A DNA stretch of 64,000 bases from Alphaproteobacteria bacterium (GTDB taxonomy: Bacteria > Pseudomonadota > Alphaproteobacteria > JBBDQX01). The translations under genes and the position numbers were made by a program. The stretch is from the NCBI GenBank assembly GCA_965601735.1, contig OZ271840.1, forward strand, positions 1,192,523 through 1,256,522, read 5' to 3'. The notes beneath the pieces were generated by a model. It did not search any database, was not told the DNA's origin, and saw nothing but the letters and a program-made list of their open reading frames with translations. Positions 10,801-18,602 of this stretch are shown in pieces (the stretch's first letter is position 1; each line of letters begins with the position of its first letter).

Positions 10801-11634
10801 GCCCGGTTCCTCCAGCCGCTGCAGCTGGCCCAGCGCGTTGGGCAGGCCGATCTCCGGGAACAGGTTGAGGATGTTGCGCCCGCCGCGCTCGAACACCCGG
10901 AATACGTCGGCCGGCGGGATCACCTCCCAGGCCGGCAGCGGCAGCAGGCTGGGCAGCACGCCGCGCTTCTTCATCGCCTCGGTCGGCTCCACCGGGTTGA
11001 CCAGGGTCGCCGCTTGGCCGTCGCGGGTGTAGGCCTCGCCGATGACGTAGTTCTTGAAGGGCAGGATGCCGTTGTTGTACGCCGCCCCGCCCCACAGCAT
11101 GGCGCCGGTCGACATCAGGCTGCGCTCCACCGCCTGCACCAGCGGCAGGTGGCAGGCGCCGCAGGCCTCGCGCGCGATCCGCAGGTCGCTCGGATTGACG
11201 AAGCGGATGTACTCCGGCGACTCCCTGTTGAGCAGGGTGTAGCTCTGCTTCGGGTTCGCCGCGCTTGGCCAGTGCCAGGTCTCCGGATAGCGCGGCAGCA
11301 CATGGGCGCGCAGCTTGGCCGCGGTCTCGTCCGCCGGCGGCTTGTAGAACACGCTGGCATCGCCGCCATGGCAATCGGTGCAGCCCAGCACCACGCCCGG
11401 GCTGTCATGCATGGTCGGCTCGTCGGTCTTGGTGTGGCAGCTCATGCAGCCGGCGCTCTTTGCCGCCGCCTGTTCGGGCAGCTGCGCCTTGGGCGCGGGC
11501 GGGTGCGGGGTGTAGGTGATGTCCCGCGGCGTCTCGCCGCTGGCGGCGAGGGCCGGCGTAGCGGCCGCCACCAGGGCCAGCCCGGCCAGGGCGAGCAGCA
11601 GTTGGCGCGATGTGATGCCTATGCCCATGACCAT
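7804..11634 (-). CDS. Large exported decaheme c-type cytochrome with C-terminal LVIVD-like beta-propeller
   Basis: Signal peptide (..ATPALA); 10 CxxCH (CMSCH, CTDCH, CGACH, CGSCH, CMICH, CVDCH, CIDCH, CFTCH, CAGCH, CTDCH); repeats such as YAYVAAGADGLAIVDVENPEQP and FAYVADGRNGLRVVQL. Confidence 0.88.
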   Translation of the reverse strand: MVMGIGITSRQLLLALAGLALVAAATPALAASGETPRDITYTPHPPAPKAQLPEQAAAKSAGCMSCHTKTDEPTMHDSPGVVLGCTDCHGGDASVFYKPPADETAAKLRAHVLPRYPETWHWPSAANPKQSYTLLNRESPEYIRFVNPSDLRIAREACGACHLPLVQAVERSLMSTGAMLWGGAAYNNGILPFKNYVIGEAYTRDGQAATLVNPVEPTEAMKKRGVLPSLLPLPAWEVIPPADVFRVFERGGRNILNLFPEIGLPNALGQLQRLEEPGRPDIRQSNRGPGTGLRIAVPVINIHKTRLNDPFLWFLGTNDQPGDYRTSGCGSCHVVYANDRDPRHSGPYAKYGHTGKTQTADPTIPKDKSGHPLRHTFTNAIPTSQCMICHMHQPNVFVNSYLGYTMWDYESDAPAMWPEEQRYPSHAEMYEILKRNPEEAAIRGLWGDVEFLKQVSEMNPELNNTQFADYHGHGWNFRAIFKKDRKGNLLDAEGNIVEPDDPDKFDKAVHMSSIHLDVGMHCVDCHFAQDAHGNGHIYGEVQAAIEIRCIDCHGTYDAHPTLLTSGPAAPPGGNDLALLRVSDGRSRFQWRGTECAKPVDEDRDCKLYQRAALDPELEWEVSLTKDSVTPGHDGYNAKAARAKLMAKGGEGGGIDMKWGPGVLPEDRAHKEEEMECFTCHLAWTTSCAGCHLPIQANWKTERHKYEGGETRNFATYNPQVVRDQMFQLGVHGDVKNNTIAPIRSSSALVLSSQNINRERIYIAQPPIAASGYSSQAFAPHFAHTVRKTETKTCTDCHLSADNDNNAIMAQLLLHGTNFVNFVGPFQFVGLDGAVEGVRVAEYDEPQAVIGSYLHRYAYPDWHRDHEQRGRILDESYANLDGEATGCIQHRGEYLYAAQGGEGMRVYDVASIANKGISHRIITAPFSPLGHDTTVESKNATCVVLPTNQPIYPPNNTGELMRETNREQPFHPIYSYAFITDSEEGLILTNDETLKDGEPRNNFMDRALTWNPDGVLNGARHLTIAGTVFYVTTPRGVVVLDMDDPLQPRVMAQIALPGARATAVQFRYLFVVGDGGLQTVDVTQPAQPRVVAGAAVPMARANRVYVARTYAYVAAGADGLAIVDVENPEQPRLYETFNANGAINDARDVIVASTNASLFAYVADGRNGLRVVQLTAPDTQPRFYGFSPEPKPALIATKPTMRPALSLSKGLDRDRGVDETGHQIAIFGRLGSRPFNLKEQQELYLDGNGRPWFVTDAVRLEDFIRDTPPDRRAALPK

Positions 11635-11636
11635 GC

Positions 11637-13562
11637 CTAGAAGGTGAGGATCAGGTTGCCGAGGACGGAGTAGTAGTGGTCTTGCGCCAACGCCCCGCCC
11701 GATTCGGTGGTGTAGAGGTCCTTGAAGCCCTCGCCCGCGAACAGCACCGCGCCCGAGAGGCGGAAGACGATGTTCTGGGAGAAGAACGGCCGGTAGATCA
11801 GTGCTGCCGAGACGTCGACGCCGATGTCCTCGTCGATCACACCCTGGTTGCGGATTGCCTCAATGTTGGACGTGTCGACGAAGCGCAGCTTGTTGACGTT
11901 GGTCGACAACCGCAGCTCCGGCAGGATGTCGAAGTCGGTGCCGAAGCCGTACAGCATGATCCCCGGATTGTTGAAGTTCGACTGGCCGTGTTCCTTGGTG
12001 GTCCGCAGCTCGGCCAGCACGCCGTTGCGCTGGGTCAGTGCCACGCCGCCGCCGCCGATGAAGGGGATGCCCTGGCGGATCCAGTAGCTGGTGTCGCCGC
12101 CGGCGAATTGCGGGTTCTCGAAGATCGCCGCGAAGCCCTCTTCCTTGTCGTCGAAGGGGTCGGAGTCGCCGCTGGCATAGAGGAACGAGCCGCGCAGGCG
12201 GATCCAGTCCAGGTCGACCGACGGTTCGGCGGCGAAGAAGTAGGCGCCGATTTCGGTTTCCTCGCCCGGCGGGTCGCCGGTGAGCACATTGTGCCCGTCC
12301 TGGCCCCAGGCGTAGTAGGCGGAGACCGTGAGGTTGGCGCGGTCGAAATGGCCGTCGCCGTTGAAGCCGAAATAGGTGACCTGGTAATCGCGCAGCCGCT
12401 CGTCGCCCAGCGAGGCCGGGCGCTCGATGAAGTCGTTTTCGTTGAAGAAGAAGGCGTCGTCCTCGCCGTTGCGGTTATGCACCACGGTGAACTGGGAGAC
12501 GAAGCCCAGCATCGGCATGTCCTGGATATACAGGTTGGCGACGAACACATCGTCGTCGCGCCAGGCGACGCCGACATCGTTCAGGCCGCTGTTGGTGTCC
12601 TTGTCGAGCCGGCGGAACCAGGCGAGGTTGTACTGGAAGATGTTGTTGTCGCGGCTGCCGAACAGCCGGATACCCATCTGGTTGTCCTGGAACAGGAAGC
12701 CGCGGAAGTCGGTCGAGAAGGGCTGGATGCCGATGCGGATCGAGTCGAAGTCGTAGCGGTCCGACACATTGCGGATGTGGTAGTCGAAGAAGCCTTCCTG
12801 CAGCGCGATGTGGAAGTCCTCGCGCGTCGTACCCTGTCGCGGGTCGCGCTCCAGGAAGCCGACCTCCTCGGCCTCCGCCCGGTTGAAGTTGATCACCGGG
12901 GTCAGGCGGAACTCGTAGTCCGGCGGCTTGTAGGCCGTATTGCCCTTAATCAGCGACGCGCTGAGGATGATGTTCTGGTTGTAGAAGGTCTGGGTGCCGT
13001 CGCTGAAGATGTTCGACGTGCTCGACGAGTTGGTCGAGTTGGGCGCCGTCGGCGTCGGCACCTTGCGCGGCTCGACCACCGTATCGGAGATCGCCAGCAG
13101 GTTCAGGAACCAGTCCTTGGTGCCGAGGATCGGCCGGTCGCCCTTGATGTAGTTCTGGTTATAGGGGTCCCACCAGATCGCCTCGACGCCGATGGCATCC
13201 GCGAGGCGCCAGCGGTCGGGTACGGGGATGAACTCGCGCGGCAGGTTGGGCTGCGGCGGCGGCACCGCGCCGGGGTCGATCTGCGGCGGGGCGACCCGCT
13301 CCTCGGGCAGTTGCTGGCCCGGAATGCGCCGTGCCTGGCCGATCTGCACCGGGGTGTCGACCGCCGCGGGGGCCACGGTGACCGGGGCCAGCGGACGCGG
13401 CGGCACCGGCGCGGGCACGGCGGGCGCCGGCGCGCGCACGGCGGCCGGCGCCGGGCCCAGAATCATCTCCTTGCCCGCCCATGCCGGCCCGGCCGCGGCG
13501 GCGGCAAGCGCCGCGGCGGCGGTCAACAGAACCCGGCCGGGCCTATTTATTGGCGCAGACAT
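11637..13562 (-). CDS. Putative outer-membrane beta-barrel protein
   Basis: Signal peptide (..PAWA), Pro-rich linker, many amphipathic aromatic beta-strands, C-terminal YSVLGNLILTF (BAM-type terminal Phe). Start 13562 or 13571. Confidence 0.75.
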   Translation of the reverse strand: MSAPINRPGRVLLTAAAALAAAAAGPAWAGKEMILGPAPAAVRAPAPAVPAPVPPRPLAPVTVAPAAVDTPVQIGQARRIPGQQLPEERVAPPQIDPGAVPPPQPNLPREFIPVPDRWRLADAIGVEAIWWDPYNQNYIKGDRPILGTKDWFLNLLAISDTVVEPRKVPTPTAPNSTNSSSTSNIFSDGTQTFYNQNIILSASLIKGNTAYKPPDYEFRLTPVINFNRAEAEEVGFLERDPRQGTTREDFHIALQEGFFDYHIRNVSDRYDFDSIRIGIQPFSTDFRGFLFQDNQMGIRLFGSRDNNIFQYNLAWFRRLDKDTNSGLNDVGVAWRDDDVFVANLYIQDMPMLGFVSQFTVVHNRNGEDDAFFFNENDFIERPASLGDERLRDYQVTYFGFNGDGHFDRANLTVSAYYAWGQDGHNVLTGDPPGEETEIGAYFFAAEPSVDLDWIRLRGSFLYASGDSDPFDDKEEGFAAIFENPQFAGGDTSYWIRQGIPFIGGGGVALTQRNGVLAELRTTKEHGQSNFNNPGIMLYGFGTDFDILPELRLSTNVNKLRFVDTSNIEAIRNQGVIDEDIGVDVSAALIYRPFFSQNIVFRLSGAVLFAGEGFKDLYTTESGGALAQDHYYSVLGNLILTF

Positions 13563-15522
13563 TCTGGGCATTGCTTCCGAGGAAGGGTTTGAAGGGACAG
13601 TTCACGTATCGCAGCCGCGCGCCCTGGGGCGACAGGTTGTCGGCGCGGAGGCTGGCCGGCGCGTTGCCGACACCGGTGTTGAGCGACACGCCCGCGTCAT
13701 GCAGGCCGAGGAAGGAGACCATGTCGTCCTGGTCGATGCCGTCGCCGGACACGCCGATACCGCCGATCACCGTGTTGTCGCGGTAGATCGGTACGCTGCC
13801 CGGGAAGATCTGGAAGCCGTTGGCGATCCGCGTCAGCGTGCCGCCGCCGGCGGACCGGGTGAAGAAGCTGCAGGTCGCGTCCGTGTCCGTCGGTGTGCCT
13901 GCGTTGTCGGCGTAGAGGACATGCAGCGCGATGTTGTCGAGCACCGCGTTGAGCTGCAGCCCGGTGTTGAACGGGCTCCAGGTATTGAACGGCTCGGAGA
14001 AGGGGCCGTTGGGCGCGCCGTTGATGCCGTCCGGATAGAACGGCCGAGACAGGTTGCCGCCCGAGCGGTCGGAGAACGCGATGCCGTCGGCCAGCGCATT
14101 GGGCCCGACAAAGGCGCGCACGCGGTCGAGGTAGCGCTCCAGGCGCACGCCATTGGCATTCTGCGCCGCCGGGGTGCTGGCCACGGTGGAGCTGTAGCTC
14201 TGCAGGTAGGTGGCCGCCCCGGTGCTGGAGAACAGGGCCGCGGTGCGTGCCTTCTGCAGCGACACGTCGGTGCCGAAGATCGGCGCGTCTGGCGTGCGCG
14301 CGATGCCCAGGATGTTGCCGTTGGCATCGACCACCGAGATGGTGACCTGGATATGGCTGCGGAACGGCTGGCGGATCTGAGCGCGCCCGGCAAACGCGAT
14401 CTTCAGCGCGTTGCCGATGATGGTGGTGACCTCGTTGGCGGTCATCCCGCCGCTGCCGGTGGCCGGGGTGGTGCTGGCGGTCGGTGGGTAGCGGTTGGTG
14501 CCGCCGGCGTTGTAGAGCACGAACACCGGCTTGCCGACGAAGTCGTACGTGCCCGCCGTGTCCTCGGCGAAGCCCGAGGCGGTGGTGCCGTAAGCCTGGC
14601 CGGCCAGCGGCGAGGCGGCGGCCGTGTAATAGCCCTGCACCGTGGTCAGGTTGCCGAGTGTGCCGTTGACCGCGGCGAAGCTGGCGTTGCCCGGGCTGCT
14701 GCGCAGTTGCGAGCTTTCCGCATCGGTGTAGCGGAAGGTCTTGCCCTCGAGGAAGATGCGGTTGCCGCGGATGTTGGTCGGCGGCGTAAACAGGAACTGC
14801 CCGGCGATGGCGATTAGTTCATCCGGGTCCTCGTCGAAGTTGCTGATCGACAGGTCCAGCGTGTAGTCGCCGTCGGATTCAACGCCGATGCCGCCGACGA
14901 CCTGGCCGTTCTTGTAGAGCGGCATGCCGCCCGGGTCCGCCGACAGGCCGAGCGGCGAGCGCTTCGGCCCGATGGTGCTGTTGACCAGGCCGGTCACCGT
15001 GGCGTTGGTCGCAAACCGGACCGACAGGTCTGAACAGGGCAGCTGGCTGAACTGCACCCCGAACAGCGGGCCGGAGGGCGCGAAGGACTCACCCGGGTTG
15101 AAGTGCTCCTGGACGATCTGGCTCGCGGTCCGTGTGGTGAATGCGTTGCCGCTGGACGACAGGTAGGCGCCGGTGACCGCCTTGGTGATCGCCGACAGCC
15201 GTCCCGAGGGCGAGGCGGTGGCGCCGAGCGAGTTGAAGGTGTCCTGCACCTGTTCCAGCCCGTTGGTGCGCGGAATGCCGCGCCGGGTGGTGACCTCGAC
15301 GCGCGACGGCGCGCCGGTCATCGAGAACACGCCCAGCACGTTGCCGACCCGGTCGACCACGGCGATATGGGCGGGCTGGTTGCGCGCGTTGGCCTCGTTG
15401 GCCGCCGCCGCGATGATCTGCCCGACTTCCGCGGACGTCAGGCTTTGGGCCCGCGCCGGGCTGGCCGCCAGGCACAGAGCCAGCGCGGCGGAGGCGAGCA
15501 GCGCGGTGCGGGCGGTCGCCAT
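13543..15522 (-). CDS. Exported heme-binding protein with two GlcG/HbpS-like (DUF336) domains
   Basis: Signal peptide (..PARA); duplicated motifs IAVVDRVGN...GGMPLYKNGQVVGGIGV and ISVVDANGN...KARTA...GSVPIYRDNTVIGGIGVSGDG..QDD. Confidence 0.8.
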   Translation of the reverse strand: MATARTALLASAALALCLAASPARAQSLTSAEVGQIIAAAANEANARNQPAHIAVVDRVGNVLGVFSMTGAPSRVEVTTRRGIPRTNGLEQVQDTFNSLGATASPSGRLSAITKAVTGAYLSSSGNAFTTRTASQIVQEHFNPGESFAPSGPLFGVQFSQLPCSDLSVRFATNATVTGLVNSTIGPKRSPLGLSADPGGMPLYKNGQVVGGIGVESDGDYTLDLSISNFDEDPDELIAIAGQFLFTPPTNIRGNRIFLEGKTFRYTDAESSQLRSSPGNASFAAVNGTLGNLTTVQGYYTAAASPLAGQAYGTTASGFAEDTAGTYDFVGKPVFVLYNAGGTNRYPPTASTTPATGSGGMTANEVTTIIGNALKIAFAGRAQIRQPFRSHIQVTISVVDANGNILGIARTPDAPIFGTDVSLQKARTAALFSSTGAATYLQSYSSTVASTPAAQNANGVRLERYLDRVRAFVGPNALADGIAFSDRSGGNLSRPFYPDGINGAPNGPFSEPFNTWSPFNTGLQLNAVLDNIALHVLYADNAGTPTDTDATCSFFTRSAGGGTLTRIANGFQIFPGSVPIYRDNTVIGGIGVSGDGIDQDDMVSFLGLHDAGVSLNTGVGNAPASLRADNLSPQGARLRYVNCPFKPFLGSNAQNVCANK

Positions 15523-15524
15523 GG

Positions 15525-15971
15525 CTATTGCCCCGCCGGCTGCGGCAGCAGCCCGAACAGGCCGTATTTCAGCACCCCGCCGGCGCGGTAACCCACCGCC
15601 AGCGTGATGCCGTGGTTATCGGCGGCGATGTCTTCATTCAGCAGCTTGAACTCGAGCTGCCCTTCCGAGGCGGCGAAGCCGTTGTCGGCGAGGGTCTCCA
15701 GGTTGCCGTCCCACGGCACCCAGTAACCGTCGCGGGTGCGCTGCCGCCGCTCGGCGCCGCCGAGAATGGCCCAGACATGGGTCGACTCCGGGCTGTCGCC
15801 GCCGAGCGCCACGGTCAGCCGCAGATCGCCGACCTGCCCGTCGGTTGTGAGCGTGCCGAGGGATGCGCCGGTCTCGCTCAGGCTGTGCGGCCCGCCGGTG
15901 TCCGCCGCGTGCACGCCGGGGGTGCAGAGCGCCAGCGCGGCGGCCAGGGCCAGGGCGCGCGGCGTTCTCAT
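15525..15971 (-). CDS. Small secreted hypothetical protein
   Basis: Signal peptide (..GVHA); 4-nt overlap with the upstream gene and 2-nt gap to the downstream gene; predicted beta-rich. Confidence 0.7.
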   Translation of the reverse strand: MRTPRALALAAALALCTPGVHAADTGGPHSLSETGASLGTLTTDGQVGDLRLTVALGGDSPESTHVWAILGGAERRQRTRDGYWVPWDGNLETLADNGFAASEGQLEFKLLNEDIAADNHGITLAVGYRAGGVLKYGLFGLLPQPAGQ

Positions 15972-17743
15972 CGCACCCCGCCCGCGTCCAGCGCGGCGCG
16001 TTTTTCAGGCGCCGGGGTCATCGCCGGCAGGCCCTCGAAGTGGAAGTTGTGGCACTGGATGCAGCCGGTCGGCACCCGGTCGGCGGCCTGCTCGCCGCCA
16101 TGGCACTGCTGGCACAAGCCAATCTGCGGCAGCAGCACGTCGGTCGCCTGTTTCGACGTCTCCGCCTTGTGGCAGGCTGAGCATTCCATGTTGTCGTGGC
16201 TGCCATGGTGGAACAGCCCCTTGGGCAGCCACCGGTCAGTGACCAGCACCGGCTTGATGTCCCAGCTGATGGTGTCGGCCGTGACGGTCTGGGACATCTC
16301 ATGGCAGACGCCGCAGACCGAGCGCGAGGCGTAGAGGGCCGCCTTGTCCGCCTGCTCCTCGGCCCAGGCCAGCGCGCCGAGCCTCTCCTGCTCGGTCAGT
16401 TGGGTGCCAGGGCGGCGGCGCACCACCGCGGGGGCGTCCGGCGTGGTGACCCCGCCGCGCAGCGCCAGGTCGGAGTAGAACTCCTGCACCGTCAGCAGCG
16501 CCGCTTCCAGGTCGCCATGGGGCAGGGTGCGGTCCGGCGCCGCCGGCTCGAAGCGCAGCAGATGGCATTCGGCGCAATGCTGCTCCATGTCGATGGGCCG
16601 CAGGCCGGCGCCGCCGGGTTCAACCGCGTGGCAGTCGGTGCATTGCAGTTCGGTGAAGCCGGGCTTGCCCGGTACCCGCAGCCCGCCGGGCTTCATGTGG
16701 GCCGCGTGGGTGAAGCGCAGGTTGGAGTTTTCTTCCGGCCAGGCGGCCTGGTCCAGGGTGATGCGCTGGCGGGTGCCGGCTGCCGCGTCGACCACCACGG
16801 AGGGACGGAACTGCGGATGGTCGTATCCGAAGTCTGCGGCGTTGAGCAGCTTGGTCTCCGGTGCCTGTTCGTCCAGCGCGCTGTGGCAATCGGCGCAAAA
16901 CGCCTGGTCGCTGCGGATGATGGCCTCGGGCCCGCGATGCTCCTTGTGGCAGCTCTGGCAGGCAACGCCGGCGACCTCGTGCAGGCTATCCATGGCCGCG
17001 AAGCGCACCGGGTCGACGTGATGGGGCAGCCCCTCGTGACAGACCGCGCAGGCGCGGTCGGGTACCTGCTCGAAGGCGTTGAGGTGGCAGGCGCCGCAGT
17101 CGTCGGCGATGAACTTGTGCGGCCCCGAAACCTCGCCGCTGTCCCAGGCCAGGTCGGCCTTGATCGGCCACGTCGCCTCGGGGGCAGGCATCTCCTGCAT
17201 CGGCACATCGGCGCGCGGGCCGTCGGCGCGCTCGATGAAATAGCCCACCACCGGCCAGACCAGGAACAGCGCCAGTACGGTTAGCGCCAGCGCCCAGGAC
17301 GTCCCCCGCCGGCCCCAGCCCGCGTCAGCGAGGCTGGTGCGGCTGCGGGCCTGCAGCAGCGCCAGGGAATCGTCGGGCGGACGGACCATCTCCACCGAGA
17401 CCGCGACCTCGGCTGCCTGCGACCCCTCGGCGTTGTCCTCCGCTGCGGGGTCGAGGACGACAACCTCGTAGGGCCCGACCTGGATGACGCTGCCCGGGCG
17501 CACCGGGCCGGAGTTCGCGACCCGGCCGTCGATCATCGCGTTGGCCTGCGGGGCGGCCTCGTAGAACAGGCCGTTGGCGCGCATGTGCAGGGCGCCCTCA
17601 TGCAGCAGCACCCGGGAGTCGAGCAGCTCGACCTCGTTGTCGGTGCTGCGGCCGAAGCGTACCTGTTCGCAGGTCAGCCGCTCGTCATGGCTGACCACTG
17701 CGCCGCTCCGCCGTCGGGTGAGATGCTTGACCAGAACGTCCAA
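15968..17743 (-). CDS. FHA-like domain + TM helix + periplasmic decaheme (cytochrome c3-like) protein
   Basis: N-terminal VRFGRSTDNEVEL (FHA-like); TM WALALTVLALFLVWPVV; 10 CxxCH (CGACH, CAVCH, CQSCH, CADCH, CTDCH, CAECH, CGVCH, CSACH, CQQCH, CIQCH). TTG start. Confidence 0.85.
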   Translation of the reverse strand: MDVLVKHLTRRRSGAVVSHDERLTCEQVRFGRSTDNEVELLDSRVLLHEGALHMRANGLFYEAAPQANAMIDGRVANSGPVRPGSVIQVGPYEVVVLDPAAEDNAEGSQAAEVAVSVEMVRPPDDSLALLQARSRTSLADAGWGRRGTSWALALTVLALFLVWPVVGYFIERADGPRADVPMQEMPAPEATWPIKADLAWDSGEVSGPHKFIADDCGACHLNAFEQVPDRACAVCHEGLPHHVDPVRFAAMDSLHEVAGVACQSCHKEHRGPEAIIRSDQAFCADCHSALDEQAPETKLLNAADFGYDHPQFRPSVVVDAAAGTRQRITLDQAAWPEENSNLRFTHAAHMKPGGLRVPGKPGFTELQCTDCHAVEPGGAGLRPIDMEQHCAECHLLRFEPAAPDRTLPHGDLEAALLTVQEFYSDLALRGGVTTPDAPAVVRRRPGTQLTEQERLGALAWAEEQADKAALYASRSVCGVCHEMSQTVTADTISWDIKPVLVTDRWLPKGLFHHGSHDNMECSACHKAETSKQATDVLLPQIGLCQQCHGGEQAADRVPTGCIQCHNFHFEGLPAMTPAPEKRAALDAGGVR

Positions 17744-17752
17744 CGCCGCCCC

Positions 17753-18583
17753 CTACCAGTAGAAGAAGACAGCGATGATGTGCGCCACCAGCGCCGCCAG
17801 CAGGGCGCAGGTCAGCGGCACGTGGAACAGCAGCCAGACGTCGAACAGCGCCTTGTACTGCACGTCGCGGCGGGCGCGCTGCAGCAACTGCACCCGCTTG
17901 GCCAGCAGGGTGATGAGCTGCCGCGCGGCTTCCGCCTGGGAGCCGGAAAACTCCTCGCCCATGGCGCGGATACCCTCCAGTGCGCGCGTCGTCGGGCAGT
18001 TTGGGTCACGTCCCGAGAGCTGGCGCACCAGCCCGCCGCCGATGCGCGTGTTCTCCTCGGCGTCGGCGAGCAGCGCAGTCACCTTGTCCGGCAGCGTCAG
18101 CGCCACGTCGTTGCATTCGCGGCGCAGCTCGGCGATCTGCCCCATCATCTGCTCAAGCGTCAGCCCGGCACGGTTCTCAGCACGCAGCGCCGGCAGGCGC
18201 ATATAGAAGTAGATGCCGAAGATACCGGTCAGCACCACCGCGACCATCAGCCCGTAGGCCAGGGTGTGAACGTTCAGCCCGAACTCGAAGCCGGTGTGCA
18301 GCGTGGCGATCACGATCAGGCCGAGGCCGAGATAGACATGGGCCGAGGCCCAGTCCTCCAGCATCAGCGCGCCGACGCCGTAGCGCCGCTTGCGGATGCC
18401 GAACCATGACAGCCAGACGATCAGCAGCGCCCCGATGGTCCCCAGCGTGTAACCCAGCCAGGTGCCGCCGTTGGGGCTGTTGAACGGATCGTGCAGCACA
18501 TAGGCGACGATTGCGGCAGCGACCAGCAACAGGGTCAGCTTGAGGTAGCGGAAGTTGCGGTAGACGAGGATCGATTGATGCAT
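17753..18583 (-). CDS. Integral membrane protein, putative di-heme b (ferric reductase TM-like)
   Basis: About 5-6 hydrophobic segments; His pairs in TM helices: WASAHVYLG...ATLHTG and WLLFHVPL...LVAHII. Confidence 0.7.
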   Translation of the reverse strand: MHQSILVYRNFRYLKLTLLLVAAAIVAYVLHDPFNSPNGGTWLGYTLGTIGALLIVWLSWFGIRKRRYGVGALMLEDWASAHVYLGLGLIVIATLHTGFEFGLNVHTLAYGLMVAVVLTGIFGIYFYMRLPALRAENRAGLTLEQMMGQIAELRRECNDVALTLPDKVTALLADAEENTRIGGGLVRQLSGRDPNCPTTRALEGIRAMGEEFSGSQAEAARQLITLLAKRVQLLQRARRDVQYKALFDVWLLFHVPLTCALLAALVAHIIAVFFYW

Positions 18584-18602
18584 GGCCCGTCCCGATCCCC
18601 GC

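Noticed and set aside
9442-13592. Long plus-strand ORFs (732 aa, 638 aa) opposite the cytochrome and barrel genes
   Set aside because: Antisense shadows typical of high-GC coding DNA; no motifs, while the opposite strand has clear domains.
7804-17743. Calling the cluster MtrAB/PioAB or hydrazine/hydroxylamine oxidoreductase
   Set aside because: Heme spacing, protein sizes and extra domains (FHA-like, propeller) do not fit as far as I can see; homology cannot be shown without searches.
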